From Octopus vulgaris (taxonomy: Eukaryota), in the NCBI GenBank assembly GCA_951406725.2, contig OX597823.1, forward strand, positions 28,830,001-28,894,000: DNA of 64,000 nucleotides, written 5' to 3'. The stretch's first letter is position 1; every line of letters begins with the position of its first letter. Under the pieces are notes generated by a model. It ran no database searches and was not told the origin of the DNA. It worked only from the letters and a program-made list of their open reading frames with translations. Shown here piece by piece: positions 13,528 through 28,380 of the stretch. Made by a program: the position numbers and the translations under genes.

Positions 13528-13897
13528 TGTTATCTTTTATCTTTTAGTTGTTTCAATCATTAGACTGTCTCTATGCTGGAGCATTGTCTTGAAAAATGTT
13601 GAGTTGTATCAATTAACCCCAATACTCATTTTGTTGTGTAAGCTAAGTATTCATTCTGTTTGCTTTTGGGGTTTTTTCTGCCAATTACAGGGACATACAC
13701 ACACCAGCGACTCTTGTCAAACCATTAGGGAACAAACACAAACACACACAAATACACATTGGGCTTCTTCCAGTTTCTATCAACTAAATCCAGTCACAGG
13801 TTTTCGTCCACCCAAGGCTATCGAAGAAGACTCTTGTCTAAACACAGAAGCATGAAGTTGGGAAATAAACTTCTAATCACACAGCCATACCAAACCT
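13528..13897 (-). mobile_element. Old SINE family B copy
   Basis: Diverged tail (atgctggagca) and head (cttcttccagtttc..aaatccagtcacagg). Confidence 0.7.
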
Positions 13898-14838
13898 CAT
13901 ATGGAATCTGACTGCATTCTTCCCAGTATATCATTTGCTTCAAAGGTATGAAAAGTGAAGCTTAGCCATTAAAATTCAAACTTAGAACAATGGAAAAGTG
14001 TGCTATAGATTGTGCCAAATTCATTGACTTAGTGTGAATAATATTAAATTAGGGCTACCATAACTAACAGAGGTGAGAATAAAAAGAAAATTTTTGTGTA
14101 ATCCTTGTGTGTTATTAATATTATGAGAATGATAACGTATTCCCATTAATATAATTTTAACTGTTACTAATATTCGTTTCAAATTTTAGCACAAAGCCAT
14201 TAATTCTAAGTGAGAGAGTTAGTAGATTTCATTGATAAATTATCATTCAAATATGTCATGTATGCGTGTGTCAGTGGGTGGTATTTCTTATACAAAAAGG
14301 GAATTTCAAATTGGGACAATTGATTATACTGTTTATCTGCCACTTCATGATTCTTCCTATTTTAAGACGATGTAGTGTGATTAAGGAATTTGGCTGTTAT
14401 GTCACGTAGTGCAAGCGTATTTTTAATAAAGATTCCTATTTATATTTGCCATGCACTTGGAATAAAGATATATCTCGTATTGTTTTATATAAACAGTCCA
14501 GCCTAGGAGACAGTACTCATCAGTCGGTGCAACATTGAGAAAATAATTGTTTTAAGCTATCAAGAAAATATAACATCACATCAGTTTAAATTTAATGTAA
14601 TACATTTGATAATATAATATCGTCAGGTCAAAACGAATAACAGTTTATTTGCTTAGCATTGATGTCAGTTGTATTGTGAGATGAAATCGTTATACGTATA
14701 TCTGTGTGTAGTGTGCTGGTGTGGGTGTCTGTGTGAAAATATCATACATACACATATAAATATACATACGTATATACACACACACACACATATCGATTCC
14801 AGACGATATCAATGCTAAAACTACACATATAAAAATAT

Positions 14839-14902
<64 letters not shown>

Positions 14903-15207
14903 AATAAGAGAGTCAGAAGACAGACAGATAGATAGATAGATAAATAAATAGATAGATGGATAGTTATATAGACAGATACACGATACATAAATAGATACAT
15001 ACACACACAGACACACACACGCACACGGACACATGAATATGCAGTGAAATAAACACCTAAAAGTACGTAGAGAAAACCTACAGAGCATGACAGCTATGTA
15101 TTTAGGAATATGGACAATGCGCTGTGTAAATATATTTAGCAAAAGCACTAAAGCTATATAAGTACATACGTAAACATACGGATGTATATATATATATATA
15201 TATATAT

Positions 15208-15594
15208 ACTTTTATTCTTTTATTTGTTTCAGTCAAATCGCCCCCAAGACTTACACTTTGCAAGCCTAGTACTTATTCTATTGATATCTTTTGCCGAACC
15301 ACCAATGTTATGGGGACGTAAACACACAAGCATCGGTTGTCAAGCGATGTATGGGAGAAACAAACACAGTTACGCAAAGACACACACACACATACACCCA
15401 CTCCCACACATGCACGCACACACATATATATATATATGCTTCTTTCAGTTTTCGTTTGCCAAATCCACTCACAAGTCTTTGCTCGGCCTTAGGCTGCAGT
15501 AGAAATCCCTTGCTCAAGGTGCCACGTAGCAGGACTGAACCCGAAAGCATGTGGTTGGTAAGCAAGTTACTTACCACACAGCCACTCCTGCACC
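15208..15594 (-). mobile_element. SINE family B
   Basis: Reverse-complement match to 18879-19319. Confidence 0.85.
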
Positions 15595-15610
15595 TAACTC
15601 CACTTTGTTT

Positions 15611-15675
<65 letters not shown>

Positions 15676-15678
15676 ATA

Positions 15679-15714
<36 letters not shown>

Positions 15715-15833
15715 TATATATATATGTATGTATGTATGTGTGTATTTATGTATGCATGTATATATATATATTATATATATATATATATATTTGTAAATCT
15801 ATATATGTGTTTGTGTTTATGTATGCATCTATG

Positions 15834-15887
<54 letters not shown>

Positions 15888-16423
15888 CATGTATTGTCTA
15901 CATGCATATGGCTGTTTTTTATTGCGTTATTGATTCGTTCTTTATTACTTAAAATTTCGTTATCGTTTTGTGACAGTTAATACAGTCATTGATTAACAGG
16001 CATGGCAATTGTTGCTGTTGTTGTAGTAGGTATTGCTTATATCACATTTATTGTTGCTGTTGTTGTTGGTGGTGTTTTACTATTGTGTATGAATTGAATG
16101 ATTTTTGCTGATATTTCCTTTTGGTTTATATTCTCTCTTTCCTCCTCACACTCTTCCTCCGCTATACTTTTCTCGAATAAACAAATAAAACGATAGCAAA
16201 TTCTGAAAAAAAAACACACACACACACAAGGAAAATAATATAGAGAATAAAAACAAACGTAAATCAAGCAAGTCGTAATAAAGTCATTTCAATTGTTAAG
16301 TTTGTATACTTGACTCCCGACGAGTCTCAGTCTAAATCGATTTATATATGTGTGTGTATATGCGGTATAAGAGGCTTTGTATACAATAAATAAATGCGCC
16401 ATGTTTATACGCGTGTACATGTG

Positions 16424-16508
<85 letters not shown>

Positions 16509-16599
16509 GTATATACATATGTTTCCTGGCCCAGATTAAGTGTTGGGCACATCGCATTGAGTCAGATACAAAGAGACAATCAACGCATTAGAAACACTT

Positions 16600-16760
16600 C
16601 TCCTCACGTGCACCAATGCAAATCTACTGGCCAGGTGATGGCCTCAGTTTTTGGGGATGCAGAAGGCATTATAATTATTGACGGTCTTCAAAATGGCCAC
16701 TTCATCAACTGAAGGTATTATGCCAATTTGCTGAGGCAGTTGCAAAAGGTTATCAAGAAC
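16600..16760 (+). mobile_element. mariner transposase fragment
   Basis: [44 protein letters not shown] matches the mariner KVMASVFWD..G....DYL..G.TIN..YY region. Confidence 0.8.
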
Positions 16761-17560
16761 ATGAGCCAGCAAACCCATGCACCCATGATTGTCTGATGTA
16801 TAAACATCGATATTTACAAACTCAGAAAAAGCGAACTCAAAACATGATAAGAAGTATGTAGTTTTCTTTATTAGAAGCAGTGGTTTCTAGAAATCCTAAT
16901 GTGCTTTTAGGACTTCGAAGACATAATTATTTGTATTTCCCTTCACATGTTGACTTTGAGTTAATAGAAGGCACCTATTACTTTTGCATTCATCACAGCT
17001 CAATATACTTAAAGCAATTGAAACTATTGTGTTCGATGGCTATAGAAATGTCCTTTGGATTGTGCAGGAATTCCAGAAAGCTTCATATTTGCTGGGGAGG
17101 AAACAACTGACCATAGTTTTAAATATGTATGTTCTGAAGTAAGATAAACGTGTTCAAGAGTCGCCTGTGCACCTCATAGGACTGTATGGAAGTGATGTGC
17201 ATGCAGGGAATTACGGGTGTCATATGTTTGTAGGTTATTGTGATTGGATTCGTCTTATTAATGATGTATATTGCCTCGTTCATCACTGATTCATTCATCA
17301 CTGATCCGAGATATCTTGGCATGCTCAATCGAGAACACTGTTACGTTTGTCACGGATACGCTTCGGCCATTAATTCAGATTTTGCTTCGACCGCAAAAAC
17401 GTGTCCCGGCGAAGACCCACATTGCTCAGTTACCCATAACACACTGACTATCGCTTGTGTTTTCTTGAACGTGCTTGAACGTGCTACGAGGCTGCACATT
17501 TTGATAGTGTTTGATGCATCCGTACCCATCAACATACCACCAATGAACAGACACAATACG

Positions 17561-17720
17561 ATGGCGCTTCATCCTAACAATCGACGCAAACGAGTGTATT
17601 CTCTAAAAGAAACAGCAAACATAATCAAGACAATACACGACGACGGTAACTTCATTACTCGAGTGCGAGAGCTTGGAGTGAATTAATCCGCCATTTGTCC
17701 CACAATCGAAGTATATGGAG
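17561..17720 (+). mobile_element. Possible Tigger/pogo transposase N-terminal HTH remnant
   Basis: RRKRVYSLKETANIIKTIHDDG....RVRELGVN*SAI resembles a CENP-B/psq-type HTH; in-frame stop. Confidence 0.5.
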
Positions 17721-18502
17721 ACTATTAATTTATCACTGTGTTTGTTTCGGAACCGACCTTCATGATAAACGACGATAGACGTAACCATAAAAGCTATAAA
17801 ATAATTTTATATCACGTTTGCTATATACTCTATTTGTTAACTTTCCCGATATCATTTTATACCACTATTGTGTCTATACTAGATATTTTTGCATATGAAT
17901 ATTATATGCTCTATCAGCTATAAGTGGTTGTGTTCGTTATTGCAAGCTGCTGTAGATATTGGTGTGGATATAATAGTTACTATGATGAGTTATAATAGCG
18001 ATTGGTGTTTATAGAAGTTACCGGAGGCAATAAAATTTATTGGTGTCTACAGTAGATTTTGTTGGCTATAACATTTAATATTATGACGATAGTAATAATT
18101 AGACGCGATATTGTTTCTGGTTAAAAGAGTAGAATCCCGATATAATTCAACGTATATTTACAATCCATGCATGTATAGATGTATGCTGTATGTCTTCGTA
18201 TAATAGCGATGGATACAAACAGCAACAAAAATACGGAAACGTTCTCTCTTGATATTCTGCATCAGGCTTTAGTTACCTCTCGTTACTGTTGCCGTCACAA
18301 ATGACTGGGATCGTTGGAAACATACCGCCATTGTTGTTCTTGTACATGAATTGTGATATGAAATAATATAGGAAGAAAAAGTTCCAGGAGATTTGATGTT
18401 ATTCAATGGTTTTAACGCACGTCGACCGTGTGTGCTATTTTCTGTGACCCTTATCTAGCGATAGAAGTCTGGTCAGGTCTTGTTTTTTGTCAGTGAAGTT
18501 AT

Positions 18503-18767
18503 TACGTGGAAGGTGTTTATAAGCCATTTAATAAACACACAAAAAGCGTTAGATTCACTTCAACATTTAAATTTAATTTGTGAAAATATTTTCGTCGCTT
18601 TGAGACCGCGACATGTTCACTGACAAAATTCCGTGCTCCTGAAGTGAATCTAACGGTTTCTGTGTGTTTCTTAAATGGCTTGTAAATACCTACCACGCTG
18701 CAATTGTTTTCGTTCCAGCACATGATCTCAGATCAGATCACTTGCTATGCAAGTACATCTCCGTAAC
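18503..18767. mobile_element. Short non-autonomous repeat with inverted partial duplication (Penelope pLTR-like); hammerhead-like motif at 18577-18627 (-)
   Basis: Homologous to 30317-30507 but arranged revcomp(A-B)+B-C, giving ~60 bp inverted arms (18503-18561 vs 18640-18698). Confidence 0.65.
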
Positions 18768-18878
18768 TTTTTATTTCAATTGTTCGGTTATTTTGCGTGT
18801 ATTTGCCAGCTTTTCTTCGCATCATTTAGGCCTTTAAAGCCCCTAGTTTTAGCTTTTTCAATACTTTTGTCGTTATAT

Positions 18879-19319
18879 AGGCGCAGGAGTGGCTGTGTAG
18901 AAAGTAGCTTGATTACAAACTACATGGTTCCGGGTTCTGTCACACTGCGTGGCACCTTCCGCAAGTGTTTTCTACTATAGACTCGGGCCGACCAAAGCCT
19001 TGTGAGAGGATTTGTTAGACGGAAACTGAAAGAAGCCAGCCGTATATATATATATATATATGTGTTTGAGTGAGTGTGCTTATGTGTGAGTGCGTGTGTG
19101 TGCGTGTGTGTGTATGTTTGTGTGTCTGTGTGTGTCCCCCAACATCGCTTGACAACCGATGCCGGTGTGTTTACGTCCCCGTAACTTAGCGGTTCGACAG
19201 AATAAGTACTAGGCTTTCAAAGAATAAGTCCTGGGGTCGATTTGCTCGACTAAAGGGGTTGCTCCAGCATGGCCGCCGTTAAATGACTGAAACAAATAAA
19301 AGAATAAAAGCATAAAAGA
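18879..19319 (+). mobile_element. Full-length SINE family B with internal microsatellite
   Basis: tRNA-like head aggcgcaggagtggctgt..ggttccgggttc; internal (TA/TG)n; short-repeat tail (taaaagaa)n. Confidence 0.9.
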
Positions 19320-19559
19320 ATTTCTCTATTCCCATCGCAGCTGTCTTTTTGTTTTTCAATTGATATCTTCCTTCAATACATTTTGTAGCTATTTATGTTA
19401 GTTTTCCATTAGTCATTATGAGATATTTTTTATAGTCTTTTATTAAATAATTTATAATAGTTGTCTAGCTTCATAATTCCTACTAAGTATTACTGGTAAT
19501 TAGCTTTTTTAGGTTAGATTTTGTGTGGTGTATTCTATAAGTAAAACTATTTCTTATTG

Positions 19560-20950
19560 CCATTAGTTGAGAACATTATAACTATAACTTATCAGTGGGA
19601 CAGTTCAAATATTGACGATTTTTATCTTCTATTTTAGTATTTAGCTATGCAATAAGTATTAGTCCCGTGTGTTTCTATTATTACTTTACTAATTTTTCTT
19701 TCAATTGTATATGTTGTAATCTGTCCAATTCATTGATTCCTAATTTCTAGTGACTCTGTATTTGATCTACTTCACTTGTCTTAGTTCTTTATCTTCTATT
19801 ATATTAGGATTGTTATTTTTATTCTTTTTCAAGTTACTCAATTACATCTTCCTAATCCGTAATTTGAATAAAATCCGTATACTATATGGAGCAGTGTTTC
19901 TCGTTGGTTATTATCTACAACAGTGTATAGTGTTAGGGTGTTTCCTTAAAAAAATATTAGAGATACTCCAGTTTTAATGGAAGCGGACCTAATTATTATA
20001 GTTACTCACTTTTCTCTGTATAAATGGAATTAGTAATAATTTACTCTGGCGTGTTTTAATGCTTCTACTTATTGCTATTGATATCTTACTCAATGATATT
20101 TCTAAGTTCTAGGAATAAGATAGACTGCCTAAAGCTTTCTGGTAATAAACTTATAATCAGACGCAGCTTTATCTTGATACTCTTCGATCAGTAATTAATA
20201 TTTGCATATATATGAGTGTTTGCAACATCGATTTGGTTCTTATTACTCATATATTTTTCTGATGTTTATTTATTCTTTGCAACATCATTGCAGGCAAATC
20301 CTTATAAGTTCTAAGATAACAGTTTATGCTGGGCATCAAGATGGTTTTCTCCACAGTGACGCAGTCAGTTGTTACTTTCAGCTCCGTCAGTATCTCATTA
20401 GCCCTGTCTAATAGCAGCTTATGTGTCTCTGTTACATATCTTAACCAGACATTTTGGATTTGTTCATGTCCTCATAGACTTCTAATTGCTCGTTTATGCT
20501 GTGATCAGCCACGAGAGTTCAAGTTGTGGTTTTGTTGTTTTGAAAAATTTCGTCCACGATGATTGCTTTGCTGTCCTCACTTTTCTCCAAAATCTTACGC
20601 ATATCTTGCCGTTCGTCCTTTAGTCATTTCTATTTCATGTTTCTTTTCTTTTTCCTAGATCTTCATAGCGTTCTTTCACGTTGGAAATGTTTGTTTTGTT
20701 CGAAGAATTGTCGTTTTATTTCATATCAGCGACTCTTTGTGATTCCTCGCATATCTCTTATTTAAGTAATGTTTTTGATTTTGGATACCTTTTGTTATAT
20801 GAGTTATATTTCTATAATATTTGTATCTTTTCTAATTTTACAGTTCTCTTCTTTCCTTATCAATTTCATCAACGACTGACAGATCTTTTCATTTATTTGC
20901 TCTATCTCTCAATAAGCTTGTTTTCCATGTTTCTTTTTTCGTAGAGTTTT
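19560..20950 (-). mobile_element. Highly decayed R4/Dong-like reverse transcriptase
   Basis: Minus-strand remnants HEQIQNVWLRYVTETHKLLLDRANEIL..KTILMP (~20320-20470) and YQKALGSLSYS*NLE (~20100-20150, like the DY.KAFDSV.HSW RT motif). Confidence 0.6.
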
Positions 20951-22149
20951 ATATTCCTACGCCTGTAAATCTAAGACAATATCCATTTTCCTAATGGCTG
21001 ATTCATATATTATTTTGTTTAACCTGGTGATATCGATATTCGTGTGTCTGTTTTAATTAAGTCAGTGAAGGCCTGGCTCCCGAAGTTTTATTCTTGTTGC
21101 TATTTTATATTTGAGATGTATCCTTAGGAGGTACTTTCGCTGGTCAATAGAAAGATGTTTTTAATTATTGCTTTCAATTCTTTACTGCAAACATAAGATC
21201 GTCATGTTCATGCTCTCCACTTTTACAATCACACATTCTTAAATATTCTTTATATTCACATTTATATTTTTAGCTGAGCTGTTCAGTTTCGTGTTAGGGG
21301 ACGTTATTATAAAGTTGTTCTCCGTTTGGTTTTGTATTTTGTTTCTTTTGTACATGACATATTAAATCCATCTTCATGATTTGTGCTTCAAACGTTTATA
21401 TTTTCTCTGTACATTCAGTGTTTACTACTTGTACTTTCCTTATTTATTCTTCATTTCCAGGATCTTATTTTGATTTCTATAACTGTTCTTTTCGAATGAA
21501 TTATTTTCCTCACTTAGATACATATTTGGGTCTACCGATACGTTTAGATCCAAGTTGTTTTCCCTTTAAACTTTATACAAGTATACTGACGAATTTTTTT
21601 GCATGGTGTATGGCTGTAGTAAGCCATGGATGTAGAATAGAAACGAATGACATCGTATCGATTTATACTCTTTTCTGTTTAATTTACGAGACCTAAAAAA
21701 TAAAGTCTGGCCCTTCATATAATTTATATCCATTTTTGTACAGAATACTTTTTTACGGTTTTGTTGAGATTTTTTTTCCAGTTTTGGACTAAATATTTAT
21801 CACATACGCATCAATTTACTTTGATTACTTTAGATTTATCAGATACGCATAAAATAAGATACTTATCATTGAATCTATTAATATTAAACTGAAAGACAGC
21901 AAGTTTATTCGTTATTTATCATTTTTGGTGTACAAAACTTAATCATTGTGTTGTTGATGTTAACCGTGATACGAGAGTCTGAGTACACATTATATCAGAT
22001 AACCGGTCACCATGAATATTAGTGCGGCATTAATTATGTGACAGGAAAGACCAATAAATTTTATTACAGATTACACGGTTATACGTCAACGTTTTCGTAA
22101 TTATTATTATGTTTTTCACTTTTTACGCTAGTCAATATTTTTCGAAGCA

Positions 22150-22830
22150 GTTCAACGTTCCAAGGTTGTTCAGTTTGTTTAGCTTTGTTTGTCCTACAGT
22201 GAGAATTTGTTAATACACCTCATCCTATTTATTTCACTTGTAAAGTCCTTATGCTGTGGCAGTGTCCCGTTTTTTGTATTGATTTGATCAGAAGGTATCG
22301 AGATATCGATCAGAATATAGGCATTTTGGTTTCAGGCTTTGATTATTATATGTGAACAGTTCTCCTTCATCTCATTCTCAGTTTGGATAGATAGATGTAA
22401 TTCCCAGATGCTTCTGCTCAAGTCAGAATCATCTAACGTATATGTTACATGGTTATATCACTCACTTCTTGTCCGTTTCAGTAGTTAAAATGTTGCCAAC
22501 CTTTTAACTAGTTCTGATCTAAGAATATACTTGACACTTGTCTAGAACTTGGCTGCCAAACACATTGTGTTCGACTGACTCACTGCATGCATGATCTCTA
22601 TTTGGCGTTAATATCTTTGTTTCTTTATTTCATTTCTGTAATTGTTTCTTGGTAGACATTGTCTTTGTGCCACTAATATCAAACTGTGTTTTTCTTTTAG
22701 CTCAGAGCTTTAGTGATATTGTTAGTTTTCACTGTGGTGTATTTCCACATTTCTGCGTCTTACGAAATTTTAGACAGTCTTCTGTAGGTTCATCTTCAGT
22801 CTATTTTGGAATTCCAGTTGCATCTATATA
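22150..22830 (-). mobile_element. Decayed R4/Dong-like LINE fragment (Zn-knuckle plus REL endonuclease)
   Basis: ESVEHNVFGSQVL (CCHC-like) and IWELH.SIQTENEMKENCSHIIIKA*NQNAYILIDISIPSD (like the RPD..IDI.IP.D motif). Confidence 0.6.
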
Positions 22831-23269
22831 AAACGTTATTTCAGCATTTTTCTTTATGATCAATTTTTAATGTATTCTTCAAGTATTTATTAACCCTTTT
22901 GAATATAATATTAGAAATGATCCATATGAAGGAAATGGTTTAGAGTTTTTTCGTAGCATTTAGAAGCACTCAAAGTTTCACCTAACAAAATTATTAATGG
23001 AATTAGCGCAAAGCAGAGGAAGAGGAGGCATAATGAACGGTTTTAAAAGCCATTATTGACATTCTTTTAACTCAAGACTTGTTAGAACCTCTGGAGTCTT
23101 GCATGCGTAGCGAGCTTGCTGCCTGCAGCCTACGGTACCATGTTCTCTGTTCTCTTTAACTATTTAATACTTCCCTTATGATTCTGGCTATGCTAAAAAG
23201 GCAAACGTTTTTCAAAAGCTCTACTTGACATTTTATTCCCATTTCCGTTATATTCCTCTTAATACCTTC

Positions 23270-23380
23270 TGGTATTAAGAGACCTAACAATAAATGACAC
23301 TATCTTCATGTTTTCATCTCCCACAGTCGAGCTATTTCGTATTTAAGTGGATTGGATATGCCCAGGTTTCCGCTTTCATT
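23270..23380 (-). mobile_element. Small REL-LINE endonuclease fragment
   Basis: PLKYEIARLWEMKT resembles the KY..L..EI.R.W.MK motif. Confidence 0.45.
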
Positions 23381-23509
23381 CTTATTTATTCGTGAGTAAA
23401 AGAGTAAAAGAGTAAAAGTATAGATATTCCAGTTCATTACAGAACATATAGCAGAAAAGTCTAATTCTTCAACTGCATGTAGCACGGGCAACGCCGGGTA
23501 TATTTGATA

Positions 23510-23546
<37 letters not shown>

Positions 23547-23755
23547 TTTTTCTATTCTAGGCACAAGGCCCGAAATGATTTGGGGGTAGGCACAGTCGAT
23601 TAGATCGAACCCAGCACGCAAATGGCACTTAATTTATCGACCCCGCAAAGGATAAAAGGCAAAGTGGACGTCGGCGGAATTTGAACTCAGAACGTAAAGA
23701 CAGACGAAATACCGCTAATAAGCATTACGCCCGGTGTGCCTACGTTTCTGCTAGC
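23547..23755 (-). mobile_element. SINE family A
   Basis: Reverse match including ggcggaatttgaactcagaacgtaa. Confidence 0.85.
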
Positions 23756-26386
23756 ATTATTATTGCTATCATGATATATATATATATATATACATACACA
23801 CAGAGAAAAGGCTGAGAGTGAGAGAGAAACAGAGATACTGAGAGTAGTAATGAAAGGAAGAAGGAGGAGTTGAAAGATAGTCGTGATGAATTTTTCATTT
23901 CATCACGACTACCACCATTAACTAGCAGAGGCATCAGTCCGCTTCACAGCCCAGCCCACATCGCCAATATCACAACTTGAATCTTGAGTGCAAAAAAAAA
24001 CCCCCAAAAAACATTTAACTAAGTAAAATATATGTAATTACCGGCAGCTAGTGGAATACAATATATTATGTGAAAATTTGGTTCTTAGATCAATTGAAGA
24101 TGGATGGTAAATAGAGAGAGAGTTCGATAAGATACGATTATCGATATGGCTGAGATAGCATGTACTTAACGAAGTGAAAGATAGTATTTTGATCCTAGTT
24201 TTTACAATAATAAAACTGGCGAGGCGGGAGATGGAAATCAGAGATGTGAGAGATGGAGAAAGTTGATGTTATAGCGAAATATGGAATCTTTCTTTCTTGA
24301 TTTACTATTGACAGAAAATCTCATTTGAACGTAACGTATAATGCAATTGAAAGCTACTGAATGTTGCTACATTGCTGTAAAATTATTTTTGCTTTTTATA
24401 ACACATTCCATTGGAAATAGCTATTGCTATATTTCGTTGTATAGTTATAATGCTCAACATATTCATTTTACAATCATTGGAGAAAGAGTTTGCACCTAAA
24501 ACTGTTCATTGATTTCTTATTTTGCGTTCGAAATAATTAAAGGAACATATTTTTACATTTGTCTAAGAGTTTGTGTATATTGTTGTGTTTTTCACGTATA
24601 TTTGTATGCAAAATTCGAGCAATCCATTATTCGCTTTGGTTGTATTAGTCGTCTTTCATACTTGAATAATATATATATATTCTTTTAGTTCTTTCCTTCA
24701 TATCGGGCTGTGACTCCTGAAGCACCACCTTGCAGGTAAATCGAAGAAATCAACTGTAATATTTATTTTCAATCTAGTAATTATTCTGTGGAATCATTTT
24801 GCTTTCATATTCCACATTTGCACCGATTACCAGCGCCAGACAAACACACACATGTACACAAATACACAAAGGTACACACAGACGTAATTATATAATGCGT
24901 TTAATTATAAAAATCATACAGCCTTATGACATTCAACGAGTATTTAGAAGGGTATGTGTATTCTTATATATCTCAAAAAGAAAACTGCGATGATTATGCT
25001 CCGAATTACATTTGGCTGGTTTCTATCGTTGGATAGTTCACAGATACATAAAGAAAGCAAAAACAAAAACAAGAAACAAAACAGGAAACAGGAAATACAT
25101 ACATACACACACACATTACATGTGTGTGTGTATGTATGTATGTATGTACGTATGTATGTATGTATATATGTATGTATGTATGTACATGTGTATGTGGTCA
25201 TTTCGTTTTATTTCAAGATTTCTTGCCAATAGAGAAAGAGCCAGTTTCTTACCTAGATCCAAAGCTTCTTCATTGGAATTTCAACAACATCAACAGGGTA
25301 TGTATGTATGTATGTATGTATGTATGTATGTATGTATGTATCTATGTATGTATGTTTGTATGTATGCATGTATGTATGTATAGATGACAGATAGGGAGAT
25401 AGATATAGAGATTCAAATAAAGACATGAATACCTATACGTATAATATATGCGTATGTGTGTGCGCGCGCGTGTAAGCAGAAGACAGTATATTCAATGTAT
25501 ATACAGTTTTTGTTCAAAGCTGGTGATTCACCTTGTTCCTATTCCTAATTCCGCAGGTTTTGTGTTCCGTCGTCTCTCATCGGTTAGTTAGTAATACTAA
25601 ATATTTCATATAACCTAATCACTGTCGGCTAACCAAATTGGATGAGTTAAGCATTGCAATCCAATGAAAGAAATAATCATATTTGATTATACATTCGTAC
25701 TCACAGCTGCTTCATTTAGTAAACTTAAGTTGCCAAATATCGTTGGCAAACCACATACAAACCACGTAATATCTCAGCTTACGGTGTATATCATTGATTA
25801 GAGACTCAAAGCCACAGCTCTGCGCTACTAACCGCTTAATAAGCACTAATATTTCTAATAACCGTATTATTGTTCGGAATGCTAACAAGATCGAACTACT
25901 GCTGCATCACGTGACAATAGAAGCAGCAGCAACGGCAACAACGACAGCAACAATAGCATCAACAGCAGCAATCTGCTCAATATCATAGATTTGCTTGACC
26001 TTAACCAGTTGAGTTTGTCCCTTTGGTGACTGACGATATGTGCCCAAGGTGCCAGGCAGGGTGATTTGAACCCCTAACCACGTCATTGCAAAATGAGCTT
26101 TTTAATCACAGAGCCATACCTTCGCCTACATATTTTCTAAAATAGAACTGACAAAAATGCACAAAACTTTAGGGTATAATGAAATATAAAGGTTTATCAC
26201 CATCTGATAAAACGTCCTGTTCGAAACATGACGAATCGATGAAAGCTTGTACATGGTCATTCGACCTTCCCGAAATAACAGCTAAATTTCTTCAAATGTA
26301 CTTTAAAATATTTCAAATAAGAGAATTTGTGTTTTTCTATTTTTTTTTTTTTGTAATGAGATAAAAACCGAAATATATAAATATAT

Positions 26387-26752
26387 AAGCGCAGGAGTGA
26401 CTGTGTGTTAAGTAGATTGCTTACTTACGGTTCAGTTCTTCTGTGTGGTACCTTCACCTAGTGTCTTCTACTATAACTTCGGGCCGACCGAAGCCTTGTG
26501 AGTGGATAGCCCGTTGTATATGTATATATATGTATATGCATGTGTGTGTATATGTTTGTATGTCTGTTTGTCCCCCCGACATCGCTTGACGAGCGATGCT
26601 GGTCCCCGTAACTTAGCGGTTCGGTAAAAGAGACCGATAGAATAAGTACTAGGCTTAGAAAGAATAAGCTCTAAGGTCGATTTGCTCTACTAAAGGCTTT
26701 GTTCCAGCATGGCTGCAGTCAAATGAATGAATCAAGTAAAAGAGTAAAAGAA
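26387..26752 (+). mobile_element. SINE family B
   Basis: Colinear with 18879-19319, with small deletions. Confidence 0.88.
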
Positions 26753-26810
26753 TGAGAAATGGAAGTAATTTGCATGTTCATAAATCGGTTGATTTATATG
26801 CTAAATATGT

Positions 26811-27113
26811 TTGATGGTTCTTTCTCGAGCCACGCCTGGCTCACAAGGGCCGGTTTCCCGGTTTCCTTGGCGTATAGGTTCCCCACCTGGACGGGACGCC
26901 GGTCCGTCGCAGATGAGCTGCAAGATGCAGGAGGAAAGAGTGATAGAAAGTTGTGGCGAAAGTGTCAGCAGAAGTTCGCTATTTCCTTCTGCCAGAGCCG
27001 CGTAGTGCTTAGGTCTTTCGCTCATAAACATACATATTACCCGGTCTGAGATTCGAACCCACGATCCCTCGACCGCGAGTCCGCTGCTCTAACCACTAGC
27101 CCATGTGCCTCCA
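26811..27113 (-). mobile_element. Young tRNA-derived SINE (family D) with 16-bp TSD
   Basis: Head tggaggcacatgggctagtggttagagc..gggttcgaatctc (A/B boxes). TSD tatatgctaaatatgt at 26795-26810 and 27114-27129. Confidence 0.9.
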
Positions 27114-27899
27114 TATATGCTAAATATGTGTTTCTATTAACTGAGAAAAATGTACCCCATAATAGAAAGTTTTTACAAAACTATAAGAAGATTGAAAAAA
27201 TTATAGAAATCTTAAAAGTCGTTAAAGATATGATTATAACGAAGTGCATTTATTATTGTTTACGGACTGAACGGAATATATACATATGAGAGAGAGTAAA
27301 AATGTTAGATAATTAAAAGCATCTTGGATATAAAATGAAATACGTATATTGTAATAAAAGATCGATTTGAACAAGTATGGCATATCCGGTGCTGCTCATG
27401 TAGCTTGTGGGAGTTTCTCACTAAAAATTCGGGTTAAGGTAGAATCTTATTTCGTTCGAAGGAGAAAGATTGTGCAGGAAATATGTTTTGTGGTAGTAAG
27501 GCTTCAAATATTAGTTTCGGTACGTAAGTTGATATGATGGAAAAATACTAGATGTTTACGCACACATACACATACTCACTCACACAGACACAGAACACGC
27601 ACACACACACACAGACAAGCATTCACATACACACACATACATACGCACATGCACACAAACACATGCAGATGCCGGCATACATGCATGCATATACATATGT
27701 AGGTCTTTCACTAATTACACATCGTATGGTAGTGACTTGTACTTCTGCGGTGAGTTATATTTTTAAGAACGACAATGTGCTGAATATTTAGATAAATATG
27801 TAAATTAGTTAACTATATATTCAAGTCTCACATATACCAATTAGGCTTAATATTTTGGTTTTAGAATTATCTAATGTGTGTATATGTGTGTGTTTGTGT

Positions 27900-28380
<481 letters not shown>

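Noticed and set aside
17240-17686. 148-aa ORF as a host gene
   Set aside because: Only the C-terminal part resembles a Tigger-type HTH, and it stops immediately; treated as a transposon remnant.
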